From Mytilus edulis (taxonomy: Eukaryota), in NCBI RefSeq assembly GCF_963676685.1, contig NC_092355.1, forward strand, positions 44,826,001 through 44,890,000: a stretch of DNA of 64,000 nucleotides, given 5' to 3'. Position 1 is the stretch's first letter, and every line of letters begins with the position of its first letter. The position numbers and the translations under genes are program-made. Shown here piece by piece: positions 1 to 12,717 of this stretch. Below the pieces are notes generated by a model. It was given only the letters and a program-made list of their open reading frames with translations, made no database searches and was not told where the DNA came from.

Positions 1-660
1 GATGTATGTGCAACTTCCTAGGTCAAAGGTCAAGGTCAAAAAACTTTGGTTTCAGATGACAACCCTTTGTCCTGTGGTGAAGATCGTGTCCGCTCTATAT
101 CTTGAGAACCGTTATGATTTCAAAGTTTATACTTGACATGTATATGAACCAACACCAGAGGGTGTGTCATAATTTATGAACGACTGCCTAGGGCAAAGTT
201 CAAGGTCAAACACTTTGGTTTCAGTTGACAACCCCATGTCCTATGGTAAAGATTGTGTCCGCTCTATATCTTGAGAACCGTTATCATTTTGAAGTTTATA
301 CCTGAAATGTATATAAACCAATATCAGAGGGTATGTCACAATTTATGTACAACTTCCTAGGTCAAAGGTCAAGGTCAAAAACTCTGGTTTCAGTTGACAA
401 CCCCATGTCCTATGGTAAAGATCGTGTCCGCTCTATATCTTGAGAACCGTTTTCATTTCAAAGTTTATACTTGACATGTATATAAATCAACACAAAAGGG
501 TGTGTCATAATTTATGTACAACTTCCTAGGTCAAAGGTCAAGGTCAAAAACTTTGATTTCAGTTGACAAACCCATGTCCTATGGTAAAGATATAATTTTT
601 TAATGCACATTATTCACAGCGGGGCCCAAAGAGATGGCTCCCATCTCAATGATATCTAGT
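1..660 (+). mobile_element. Helentron-associated non-autonomous element (HINE/pearl-like), 3' part
   Basis: ~170-bp tandem core x3.5 containing GGTCAAAGGTCAAGGTCA, then a GC-rich segment and a TCTAGT end before a T-run. Confidence 0.65.
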
Positions 661-857
661 TTATCCTGGTATCTATCTTTGATGAGTTTATTAGGCATCC
701 GTTCGAGCTATCCGTTAACGTGTGACCGAGGCTTTATACATTTCTAAGTTAGCCGTAGAATCAATAAAAAGAAAACAGACAAAAGAACAGAGAGAACAAT
801 TGAAATGTGTCATGCTTACAGAATGAAAAACGTTTTAATTATTTCTGTATTATACAG

Positions 858-980
858 CTGGTGAAATAACAGCTACAGAAGATCTAACCTTACATAAAGT
901 AAGCCCATATAAAATTTATGTGGTAGTAAAGGACGAACAGCGAACAACTGGACCAAAAACACTGACCGTAGAGCTAACAG
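858..980 (+). CDS. Cadherin gene 1 exon
   Basis: tacag|...|gtaaaa, phase 1-1; GEITATEDLTLHKVSPYKIYVVVKDEQRTTGPKTLTVELT. Confidence 0.85.
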
Positions 981-3900
981 GTAAAATTAAAAATGATTAA
1001 AATATATGTTCTGAAAAGCGAGTCGTTTTGTACAAAAGTTGCTATTTTTAATTCGTAATTACACAAAATCATGCTTTTAAAAAACAATCTCTGACGTCTT
1101 TAATCTAAATCTATTGAATGTGTACTGATTGATGTTTTAGTCTGGAAGAACGTTATTAATGACTTTGAGCTAGCTTTCAGTAACTTCGAGTGCTCTGAGA
1201 TTGGTAATATGTATATTTTGTTTCCTACGTGTTTTTTTTTTGTGATTCTTACCAAATATTTGATTTCAAGTTCCGACAGATTTTTACAGTTTGTTCTTAT
1301 GTTTTGCGGTAACACCAATCAACTACTATACACAAATGTGATAAAGTGACTTCAAACTCATACAAGGAAAATGAGTCCTCACGATGTCGTATGACAGGAA
1401 ACAAAACTATACGACAATGAATTATTTTTGAATTACAAATAGATATAAGAATACTAATATAACACCGATTTTGTATATGCAGGTACTGATACAAATTGTT
1501 AACAAATGATTCCTCTTGAAAAAGATATACATTTTGTACCTTGTTCCATGAATGCTTTTCATCATTGTTGACGAACATACGTAAAAGAATCATAATATTA
1601 CAGTCAAATTCAGTTGCTTTATTACTTTTCCCCTTTGTAAAATGCAAATCAAATAGTGATACTTATAAAATGTAAAGCATTTGTTAATATTTATCTCACA
1701 GTTCAAAGAAATAAGAAATGTTGTATAGCATGCACAGAACAATACTTGTGCTGTAATGAATAAAATGTTTGCAATTATTTTAAAGATATCAATGATAGAC
1801 CAGAAATTAATAACCTTGGTGTGACGTCACTTACACAGCCAATCGACGAAAATATAGATGGTGACACCACAATAGGTCGACAGGTTTACGATATCGATAT
1901 CACTGACGACAACATTGGTGATACCCACACATTTTCTGCTACAACGAATCCGAATGGTTGCTCCGACTTGTACAGCCTCGATCCAACAAGTAAGTTTGTG
2001 TTGTTTGTATCATATGTAATTTGCTTTTCTTTAAAGAGAATCGTCGATTGATAATATAAAGCTTTTCTGTCAAAGTTTTGATAACGTGGTTTGCAGTGGT
2101 TAAAACGTGAAACAAAGTCAGTAAGCCATAACGGAAATAAACAGTCGTTTAAAAATAGAAGCCAAAGATACCCAGTTGATACTCAAACTCATAAGTCGAA
2201 AACAAACTGACAAATGAATGCCATCGCAAATAAAAGAAAGGAAATAAAAATAAAGACAAACAATAGTATGAAAAACGCAACAAAGAAAACTAAAGAATGA
2301 GCAACACGAACGCCTTTTAATTTCGAGGTGATTTTAAAATATGTCGCATTAACATGTATTAATTTCAGAAAAATTAGCTTGATTTGATCTCAGAAACATT
2401 TGTAATCATATAAATAATAGTCTTAACAGTATTACTCCTTCGTGTGTAAGTCTACTTTGCCTGATGGAGTATGTAATTCATCTAAGTAGCACACACACAT
2501 ACACACATCCAAAGAAGTTTTGCAATTCTTCTAAATCCATATAATCAAATGAAAATTCCTTATTGTGTAAAATTGAGATTGTCAGGCGACTTCAATTTTA
2601 TGTGGTTTTTCGAGATGAGCGATGAACTAAACAAAGTATCACCAACCACTTTTTTTCAAAAACGCGTATGTAAAGGACGCTTGATCGAATTGCGGCTTTC
2701 GGGTAATATCGGGCTTCCGGGAAATATCCTGCTTTCGGGAAATATTGCAATTAATAATCTACCTGATGGTCTTTCTACTTCTTGTTTAACAAATAAAATT
2801 ACGTTTGAAAATTTTATAATAAGCAATACATAACTTATTTTTAAAGCTGGTGTTGTGTCTACGACAGCCATATTAAATTATGAAGAACTTAAAACAAGTA
2901 GTCCTCAACGTCATATCTGCGATTTAATTGTTACGGTGGATGACGGAAGGGAAACATCAATACAAAAGAAATTAAGGATAGAGGTTACTGATGTCAATGA
3001 GCAACAAACTGGTTTTGAAAAAGATTTATACACTATCACTGGAACAGAAGGAACTGTGAGTTACTCCTGAGGGTACTTCTAAAATTTATAGGAAAAAGAG
3101 GTTTAAACTCCTCCACATGTTAAGGTGGTCGCCATGTCAGTATCCCCGTTGGTGACTAGGTTGTTTGTTTATAAAACTAATTTGATGTTGGGTAAAATTT
3201 TTTAGTAGTTTGTTTTTGTTATATTAATTGGCATCTAAGTGAATTAAGCACGACATACAGTATAGTCACTTGGATATGCTGAAATGCAGTGGAAACTGTT
3301 CACTCAAAATCTTTATTTAATTTTCATTTAACAGTGTTATGACGCATTTCTATAATTTTCAATGAAAAGCGTAAACGGTTTTGAATATCAAACTATTTAA
3401 TATGTTCTTTCTGCAAGTGTGCATATTATGATGAATTTCATTTTCGTCAGTCAGTAACTAACAAGATCATAAATGTTTTCTTGAAAGTATCCGAGGTTTT
3501 GAATTGTATGTTTTGTATGTATGGTGTACTGTTTGTCTTCCTTTCATTCGAATGGTCTTTGATTATGGACTTACCGTTTTGAATTAACTTCGGCGTTCTG
3601 TATTTTGTGATTTTACTTTTTTTCAAAATCCTACATGTTTTTTTTTTATTAGAAAGGAACTGTTCTACCGGCTGCTGGATTTGTGGTCAACGACGTGGAT
3701 ATTAATGATGTACAGACTTACACTATGGACTGTAAAGACAAACAAAGTTATTTTGACATGGATCCAACTACAGGAAGAATAACACAGCTACAAGAATATG
3801 ATTTAGATCCGAATAATTGGCAATTCAATACCCCGAAGTGTGATGTTACAGCCACAGACAAAGCCGGTCATACAGTTACAACAAAACTTAATATAAGGAT

Positions 3901-6900
3901 CGAAGAAATTAACGACAATCCCCCGAAACTAAATCAAAGAACATATTACAAAAATGTACCACAAAATACACCTGTAGGATCCCAACTTTTGTCGTGTACA
4001 TCAACAGACGATGACGTCAAAACAGAACATACACAACGCTCATATTCTTTGGGTGATTCAAATTTTGCCGTGGACAATAGCTGTAATATTCGATCAGCTA
4101 CAGATTTCAGCGGATATCCAGTGGGCACAACATTCACTTTCCCACTTACTGCCACTGATTCAGATGACACATCATTAAATGACGAGGCAACTGTCACTAT
4201 TGTCATAATTGATCCGACGACTACTACCGTCACAACTACAGTTGCTAATACCATAACCAATGCAAACAACAATAATGGTAATACAGGAACCGGAACTGGA
4301 ACCGGAACCGGAACTAGTAATACCGGAAACAGTGGATCACCTGCTGCTTTCTTAAGTCGTCCTACAGACCTTGCATGGTTTATTCCTGCCATGATAGCTC
4401 TTGCAGTCATGACTGCATTGTTGGGTTATATGATATACCGGTGTTGCCGGGTTCCTGGGTTCTGCGCACGACTGTTCTCTGATACGTGTGGTTGCTTGTG
4501 AGTAAAATTTTATTTGCATATAATAAGCATTTCATTATGATGCAATGGGATGTGATACAAATGATAATATAACAAATTTTTAACGAATCAACTTCATTAT
4601 AAAGAAAAGCGCTTCTGTAAATATTGTCTCCGCAGTCTTGTTCTGACATGAAATGTCATTTATTAGGAAATTGTCTGTACTTTGTTTTGTTCATTTGACA
4701 TTGAGATCATTCGAAACAATATGGGTTTTCGACTTAAAAGCATAGAAGACCATCGCCGGTATGGAATTGATTTCTTTATTTTCAATGGTTTTAACGGAAA
4801 TCGATTCGCATTTCAACTATTTGAACTCTACGGATACCCATTCCAACATACAGTGGTGTACCTCACACTTGTTTGACAGTCGCATAGAATGGCATTGTAT
4901 TGAAAACACTATGTGAGCAGAACAAGTAAACATAAGACAAGAAAAAAAAAGACCATAGCACAATAGCACTCTGGCGATATGTTAAAATATCCAGCCACGC
5001 CAAATAGATACTTCCATTCATGGACAGTAATGGTAAAAAATGTACAAAGACAAATAGAAAGATCAATATGACACGTCATTAAGATGATACACAACGTCAT
5101 TACCCGGAATCTTAAATTCAAGACCATCATGTATATTATCTCATAGATTTAGACTGGTTTATGTTTTATTATTTTTCAGCAATGATAGGGATTGCTGTGG
5201 TAAGAGAGGTAGAGGTAAAATAACCAGTAAGTTTCTTTCGTTAAATTTTCATAAATAGCTATAAACTGTTTGAAAATAGCGTTATTAAAGGAAATAGCAA
5301 GTCCAACTGTCGCTGTCGTTATCGTGTATCAAATTATATTTTTAACTAAAACGTGTAAATATTTTCGTATCTTTAAAGAAAACAACTTTGTACATCTAAT
5401 TCCGTGTTCAGGCTTTTGATAATCTTATTGGTATGGTAGGTAGACTTGAATTTGTTTTTATTCTGTCTTCTTGTTTAACGATATATGGTCTAGATATGCA
5501 CAAAATTTGCGGACACAAAACTAGTTTAATTCCTTCACGTTTTGTGATTGTCCGAGGCTGCACCATGTGTTTTTTTTAATTGTTTATCTAAATGCATTGA
5601 TGTCGGTTTGTTGGTTTGATCTCTTAGGATAGGACTGGTGATTCCCTTTGTCCTTATTATTTACCTCAGTAATATTGAGTTTACTAAAATAAATGTGGCA
5701 GAAATGTCGTTGCTAGCTTTTTTTTTGGTCATGAAGTACGACATTTGCAATATTTTACGAAACAACCTTTATATATACAAATATGATTGTTTAGTACTCA
5801 GTGGCAACTGATTATGTTTATGCAAAATATAGAACCACTGAAATATGAAGCATTTAAGCAAGCAAAATCAAAGACAACCCGTCACTTGCTGCAAAGGTTG
5901 ATTGACGGGATGACTTCCATTTCTACATAAGAAGTTGCATTACTAAACCCTTTCCAACCATTCATGACTGCTTATCTCTAGCGCTGTGGTTGTCGTGTTG
6001 AAGCGTGTTTGTCGTCGGTATAAGACCAAAGAGTTCACAGGTTAATCCTAATGTCACTCCTAAACTACGAAGGAAAAATAAGATACATATGATTAACAAA
6101 AAACCTAAATCGTTGAAAATGTAATTGAAAGGAAACAGATAGGGACTTATCTACAAACACTATACAGAACTCTAAATAATAAGAAAGTGTCATGCGTATA
6201 TATGTTTGTAATTTTCAATTTTTATTCAACAATAGTAATTATCAATTACCTACGTATGTTATAGAATCAGGTATAATTCAGTTATTCCTTTTTTAGATCC
6301 AAAGGCAGCTAAGAAAAACAATGCCGTGAGCGGTAAGTATTTGCTTTGGAAGTTAATTTGAAGTTCCCCGTGGGTTATTTCCTCTCGAAAATTTGCTTTT
6401 CTTCAATGGTTGTCGAGGTCAATTAATAAAAAAGGCAAATGAACCAAATGTTCACAAGCATGATGGTCTTTTTTCATCTAACGTAATAAAACTTTTTCTT
6501 TTCACATTTACTTATTCAAACGCTTTCTGAATACTTAATACGGTAATACATATACTAGATTTATACACATGCATCGAGTTCTTTCTTTTGAGAACATTAT
6601 ATTGGTATTTCCAACAGGTACACCCTTCGACAAACAATACAACCAGTGATATATTGACGAGTTGTGTTTAGTATTTACATTGAAGAAAATGTTAGACTGA
6701 TCAAAACATACGTTTACGATGTGAATTTCGTACAATAAATGTATCAAATGTGAACAGTCATTCCAGGGGCTGACATATTGGATCAATCCAAAATATGTAC
6801 CAGCATTTTATATGATACGACACCCACCAATACTTCATATTAATCTAGTTTTTTCACCTTAGATAAATCTGAACCACGCAGTAAAGAAAAACCACAGAAA

Positions 6901-9540
6901 CCAAGAAAGAGTAAGTTACCAGAATTTCGTGCAAGGTGAAACGTATATTTTTCAATGTTAATTACAAAGGCAAGGTGAATATGTGTTAAACACATATGTG
7001 GATCTCTTCTTTTTGTATTTAAACAAGAAATTTGAAATATGTATATGTTTTTTTTCTACGTCTAACCATTAAAATAGTGTATATCTCTTATGAATATATG
7101 ACGGTGACTGGTAAGAAGGTAATTTATTAAAAAGTTATTCAAAACCTGGTTTGCCGGATATGATTACCCTTCTTTGAACTTGTAATCGTTTATAATTCCG
7201 TGCGTCAAACGCTCGCTTCGTCTACATGAGTTTTGGTGGAACTCGATTAAAAATAGATGGAAGGTCAAAACATTGAAGAAGTTGAAGAACATTAAAAACC
7301 AAAATTTCAAGATGTTGTGTTCTTACAGGAACAACACGACGGGTACCACTTGTGGGGCAGCATATGCTTATCGTTCTGGAGCACCTGCGATCACCCTGAT
7401 TTTTGGTGGGAGTGATGTTGTCAGTCTTTAGTTTTCTATGTTGTTTTATTATGGCCCCTCAACGAAGTTGTAAGTGCCACATAGTTTTATCCTTGTCCGT
7501 CATTCCGTCATTCCATAATTACGTCATTCCGCAACAAACCACTATACGGAGTTTTTTCTAAATGCCTTCAAATATTAGGCTGATTTTTGGTATGTGAGTT
7601 AACCACGATTAGTTACAGATCAAGTTTAAGTTTTGTTCTGCTCCTCTAATTTTTACCGAAATTATGGGCTTTGAACTTTGATAAATTGTTGAAAAACAAA
7701 GTTATACAGACTTTTTTTCTAAACGCATTTAGATATTTGGTATGTCAGTTACCATTGATGAGTTTAAGATCACGTTTAAGTTTTGTTCCGCTCGGATAAT
7801 TTTTGCTGTAATTTCGGGCTTTGGACTTTTTGAAAATCACAATTATACGCATATCTTTCTAAATGCTTTCAGATATTGGGCTGAATTTTAGTATGTGAGC
7901 TAATCATGATGAGTTACAGATCAAGTTTAAGTTCTGTTTCGCTCCGCTAATTTTTGCTAAAATTAAGGGTTTACAATTTTGCAAATTGTTGAACATCACA
8001 GTTCTACGGACTTTTTTTCTATACGCCTCCAGATTTTGAGACTACCATCGTGTTTGTGTCCACATGTGTTATTGAAATTGCATATTTTTCAATTTTTTGA
8101 GACGGGGCAATTCGTGTCGCTTTGACACATCTAGTGTGTACTATTATTTATGTGTTATGTCTTTTCATTTTAAGCAATGGTGTTGTCAGTTAATTTTCGA
8201 TTTATGAGTTTGACTGTTCCTCTGGTATCTTTCGCAACTCTTTTAATCTACATTTTCTATGTTGTGTTTTGTGTAGTGTTTGTTTGTCGTTTTTTGTTGT
8301 TGCAATTATAACGTTGTCAGACTATTTTCGACGAATGAGTTTGAATGTCCCTCTAGTATCTTTCGCTTCTAAGAATGGAACTCCCTAATAATTTGGAAAA
8401 GTTCTCAATGTTTGTGGAAATTAATTTGAATAATACTTTATGTTTGTTAGCTTCTGTTCGTTTACGTCTTTCCGCATGTACATAACAATTAAAGAACAAT
8501 ACATAATGCAATTGTGGTGGGTATGTAACTAATGCATAACTTTTATTATTTCTGCCTTTAACTTATTGCACGAAAGGTACCGATTTATTATCAATCTCTC
8601 TCAACTCTATATTTGATAAATCTTTAGACAACTTGGGTTCCAAATAATCTCTTCTATGTCAGGATTAAAATTAAGTACGCCAGACGCGCGTTTTGTCCAA
8701 TAATTTATTTTATCTTAAGTGAAAATATTAAATGTGTTCTATGTTTTAATATTTTTTATGTAAATTTTCAGTTCGTGATCCCGAAAGTAATGACGGGAAT
8801 AGTGAATGGAATATATGGTCACATTCTGACTTTTCTGCCAAGTAAGTACACTGAACTTATCTTTTCCGAATTTTTACTTGAACAATAAGATGATTGTATA
8901 ATAACTTGTCCAAAATTTCAAATAAAGAAATATATTCAACGCGTGACCTCACAACACATTAACATAGCCCTCTGCAAACCGTATTTGGTCATATTTCTGC
9001 AGAAAAAAATAGATTGTTTGTCTGTTCCTTTAGTATCTTTCGTCTCTCTGTGCATATTAGCGTGAATTGAAGTTGGTATGCATAATGTACTGTTTGGATA
9101 ATAACCTCACCTTAGCCATTATTATTTTTAAATTTTGATTAATTCAGTAATGAGAAATAATAAAGCAGGAATACATGGACTTTTGCTTCTGTTTCAATGA
9201 GATCTAACAGGTCTTATACGCTTTACCGCTTAACAGTGTTTGCGAGAAGTAATTTGCAGGTTTTAGCAGACATATGTAAGCGGTACAAGCTCTTTATAGC
9301 AATACTGTTTTAAATGAAAAGTCTTAGAATATCTCTTGAATTCTTATAAGATATTCATTGGTTTCTCAATTAACAAACAAAAAAGAAGAAGAATTTACCA
9401 AACAAAATTTATAACTTTATATGTACATACATATCACTTTTTAACATGCATTTACAGATACCCAATTTACTCTTTAAGTTTCTGATGTAAAATATTGATT
9501 TCGGAAAATGTCTTTATATTGCAGGACCGATTGTCGTTAA
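858..9540 (+). CDS. Non-classical cadherin / protocadherin-like single-pass membrane protein, 3' part (5' exons upstream of window)
   Basis: Phase-consistent GT-AG exons 858-980, 1786-1989, 2847-3055, 3653-4497, 5180-5226, 6297-6332, 6863-6910, 8772-8841, 9525-9540(TAA). Cadherin Ca-binding motifs DINDRP, LNYE, DVNE, DVD, EINDNPP, DDD; T/N/G-rich stalk; TM WFIPAMIALAVMTALLGYMIY; ~91-aa tail; AATAAA near 9775. Confidence 0.9.
1786..1989 (+). CDS. Cadherin gene 1 exon
   Basis: taaag|...|gtaagt, phase 1-1; DINDRPEI...YDIDITDDNIGD...YSLDPT. Confidence 0.9.
2847..3055 (+). CDS. Cadherin gene 1 exon
   Basis: taaag|...|gtgagt, phase 1-0; TGVVSTTAILNYEE...VTVDDG...VTDVNE. Confidence 0.9.
3653..4497 (+). 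CDS. Cadherin gene 1 large exon (last EC repeats, stalk, TM)
   Basis: polyT-tag|...|gtgagt, phase 0-2; matches ORF 3683-4501; EINDNPP, TM helix. Confidence 0.93.
5180..5226 (+). CDS. Cadherin gene 1 cytoplasmic micro-exon
   Basis: ttttcag|...|gtaagt, phase 2-1; FNDRDCCGKRGRGKIT. Confidence 0.75.
6297..6332 (+). CDS. Cadherin gene 1 cytoplasmic micro-exon (36 nt)
   Basis: ttttag|...|gtaagt, phase 1-1; NPKAAKKNNAVS. Confidence 0.7.
6863..6910 (+). CDS. Cadherin gene 1 cytoplasmic micro-exon (48 nt)
   Basis: ccttag|...|gtaagt, phase 1-1; DKSEPRSKEKPQKPRK. Confidence 0.7.
7446..8135 (+). mobile_element. HINE/pearl-like non-autonomous Helentron
   Basis: Starts in a T-run; CGAAGTT head, TCCGTCAT microsatellite, ~150-bp core x3 (7611, 7761, 7912), 3' hairpin GTGTC..GACAC and CATCTAGT end. 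Confidence 0.7.
8772..8841 (+). CDS. Cadherin gene 1 cytoplasmic exon
   Basis: ttttcag|...|gtaagt, phase 1-2; IRDPESNDGNSEWNIWSHSDFSA. Confidence 0.72.
9525..9540 (+). CDS. Cadherin gene 1 terminal coding exon
   Basis: ttgcag|G ACC GAT TGT CGT TAA = (K)TDCR*; followed by a U-rich 3'UTR and AATAAA at ~9775. Confidence 0.55.
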
Positions 9541-10286
9541 TTTGGAACAACATCTGATATATTGTGTATTATATCACTGGATAGTGGACTGTTAAATATA
9601 TTTCAAGCAAATGTTATACAACTAAATTTTAATGTTTCCGCCTTGTGATAAAAAGTGCTTTCAAAATGTATGTTCTTTTTTGTTTTTGTTTTCTGGCGTG
9701 ATTGTTGACGTTGTATATTGAATGTATTTGTTTTTATATTATTTTTTTATTATTATTTTTAACGCTTCACATTAAATAAAAAAAAATGTGTTCTATTTCA
9801 ATTTATCTGATTCAGAACTTGTACACTTTGTTAATAGAAATTTTGTTATCTTTGTTATCATTGTATTAACACAGTGTAGTTTAGAACATGTTTCCAATAG
9901 ACCTCTATGAAATCTGGATAAGCATATACTAATATAGTAATGACAGAATCTTAAATTCTGCAATCATGTATTATTCATGTGCAGACACTAAAATTTTTAA
10001 TAAAACATCTAAAAAAATCATCATTTTTATTTACCTGTCCTGTCCTCTAGATACTCTTTGAAAGATCTTTTAAATGTACCACATGCAGGAAAAGATGTTT
10101 TTAACAATTTTGATATCATTATACTTAAGCAAAAGTAATTACTATGATTTTGAAAGAAAGTGATGAAGCTTTTTCCACAGAAGTATGTTGTAGACACGAA
10201 ATCTGTATTTAACTGATATAATCATCACTGAAGGTCTGCCACTCTTGATATCATTTGATACTTTTTCGTGACAAATAAAATACAAG

Positions 10287-10632
10287 GGATACCAGGCTAA
10301 TAATTAAAGTTAGAGAGCCAAACAAGTACAAAGTTGAAGAGCATTGAAGACCCAAAATTCAAAAAAGTTGTGCCAATTACGGCTAAGGTAATAAAATTAA
10401 CGGTACCAATTTTCTTGGACCAGATGCTATGCCTAAGCTATGCCTAAGCTATGCCTGGGATAAGAAACTCCTTAGTACTTCGAATATTTTTCACTTTTGC
10501 AAACAAAAAATTCATCAACATTACCATATCATTATTATTCATTAACACCGAAGTGCTGACTACTGGGCTGGCAATACCCTCGGGATCGAAACGTCCAACA
10601 CCAGTGTCATCTACCCTAAATAGTTATCAAGG
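10287..10632 (-). mobile_element. Copy of the same hammerhead-associated repeat family (partial)
   Basis: gttgaagagcattgaagacccaaaattc...tacggctaaggt...tgcctggga...caccgaagtgctgactactggg; collinear with 48152-48432. Confidence 0.55.
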
Positions 10633-11339
10633 GGCGAAAGATAACAGAGGGACCGTTAAACTAATAAATCGAAAATAAACTGACAACGCCATGGCTATAA
10701 ATGAAAAAGACAAACAGACGAACAAAAGTACACATGACACAACAAGAAAATTAAAGAATAAGCAACACGAACCCCACCAAAAACTGGGTTGATCTCATGT
10801 GCTCCGGAATGGTAAGCAGATCCTGCTCCACATGTGGTTCCCGTCGTGTTGCTCAGGTTATAACGAAGGGGGTATGTGGTGGATATGTGTTCCAGACACC
10901 ATTTGCATATGTGTCTTTATAATTTAAACAAAGTACAATACAACAGAGAGTGTTTATAAATCGAGAAGAACAGTTCTGATGGAATTGTTACACGATATCT
11001 TTTAAAATCAATGCTTCGAATAACTGGTATTTTTAATAAGGCAGTAAAACAACTTTCTTATGGACTTTTTTATAATTTGGAATGTAGTATGACGTCCATT
11101 ATCACTGAACTAGTGTGCATTCTTGTAAAGGGGCCAGCTGAAGGACGCCTCCGGGTGCGGGAGTTTCTCAATGCATTGAAGACCCCATGGTGGCCTTCGG
11201 CTGTTGTCTGTCCTATGGCCGGGTTGTTGTCTCTTGAACACATTCCCCATTTCCATTCTCAATCTTATTTTGATAATTTTTTGGTTTATAAAGTTATAAC
11301 GTTATATCTCATTTTGTGATTGAAAATTGTCACAGTTTT

Positions 11340-11510
11340 CACTTGGGGTTCTTTTATGAATGTTGGTCCTCTATGCTCTTCACCTTCGTTCTTTATTTGG
11401 CCTTTTTTAACGTTTAAGGATTCGAGAGTCACTGATGAGTCTTTTGTAGACGAAACGCGCGTCTGGCGTATATATAAAATTTAGTCCTGGTATCTATGAT
11501 GAGTTTATAT
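11340..11510 (+). mobile_element. Retrozyme/Penelope-type repeat fragment carrying the hammerhead
   Basis: Homologous to opposite-strand copies at ~7140-7320, 8660-8700, 10287-10632 and 48152-48432. Confidence 0.6.
11426..11469 (+). ncRNA. Minimal type I hammerhead ribozyme motif
   Basis: GAGTCA-CTGATGA-GTCT(tttgt)AGAC-GAAA-C(GCGC)G-TC^-TGGCGT: intact CUGAUGA/GAAA/UH core, 4-bp stem II, short stem III with palindromic loop, stem I with one mismatch. Confidence 0.8.
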
Positions 11511-11731
11511 TCAATAACATAGAAATGACTGGATACATTGATATTGTTCCGACGTTGAGAATAGTTCTCGTAGGTATTAAACATTTAATAGGTGTATAAA
11601 ATTTGCAATGAGTAACAATGTTTTCGACGGTCATATCCTTAACCTTTTTATAACTAAAATCTAACAGGTATCATAAAATATTAAAATGCAACAATGGTCT
11701 TTAAAAAGATATCAAGATATCAATATGGCAA

Positions 11732-11969
11732 NNNNNNNNNNNNNNNNNNNNNNNNNNNNNNNNNNNNNNNNNNNNNNNNNNNNNNNNNNNNNNNNNNNNN
11801 NNNNNNNNNNNNNNNNNNNNNNNNNNNNNNNNNNNNNNNNNNNNNNNNNNNNNNNNNNNNNNNNNNNNNNNNNNNNNNNNNNNNNNNNNNNNNNNNNNNN
11901 NNNNNNNNNNNNNNNNNNNNNNNNNNNNNNNNNNNNNNNNNNNNNNNNNNNNNNNNNNNNNNNNNNNNN
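11732..11969. other. Assembly gap
   Basis: Run of N. Confidence 0.99.
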
Positions 11970-12717
11970 AAATTATAATAAATAAACAAACAGATGGAAA
12001 AAACAAATATTGAGGATCATGAACGCAACCAATAAACTGGCATTAAATCAGGTAATTCAGAAGGGTAAACAGTAATAGCTCTATAATGACATAACATATC
12101 CTCATTAAAATATACGACTGGGGGTTTCAAACAATACAATACCAGTCATACCTTTAGTAATGTTAACACACTCGTGAAAGGGGCTAACAGAAACTACGAA
12201 CATAATGATAAAGCATAACTTCATTAAATGATGCTTAGAATTCAGTGGGTGTGGTGTTCGGAAAGAACTTCTACAAAAGGTACAAAATATATGTCGATAT
12301 CTAATTGTGAGTTAACATTTTTGGACTGTTGACGTAATGTAGCTGGATATTACTGGTGGATGTACAATTTTCATTTGTCACAGTTCTGGAGTAATACTTA
12401 TCAAAACCATTGCAATTACTTACATTGGATGCGCACGACTTCAAATTCCGTTCTAAACGAATCCCATTTCGTCCTCATTGATTTGTTCGACATAAACAGA
12501 TTCTTTTGTATGACAATTTCGCAAAAAGTACAATAACAAAAATACTGAACTCCCGAGGAAAATTAAAAACGGAAAGTCCCTAAAGAAATGATAAAACACA
12601 TCAAAAGAAACGCATCAAACATTAAGCAAACGTTTGAAGATAACCCTAGTAGGATTCCAAAAAAAAGAAATACAAAAATAGAGATAATGGTGTTGATTTC
12701 CTTCATTTCAATGGATA

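Noticed and set aside
3946-4410. 154-aa minus-strand ORF
   Set aside because: Antisense shadow of the low-complexity cadherin stalk exon
8660-8700. Additional active hammerheads (also ~7200-7250 and 48178-48225)
   Set aside because: Core nucleotides (CUGAUGA or GAAA) are deleted or mutated
11686-12006. ORFs made mostly of X
   Set aside because: Artefacts of the N-gap
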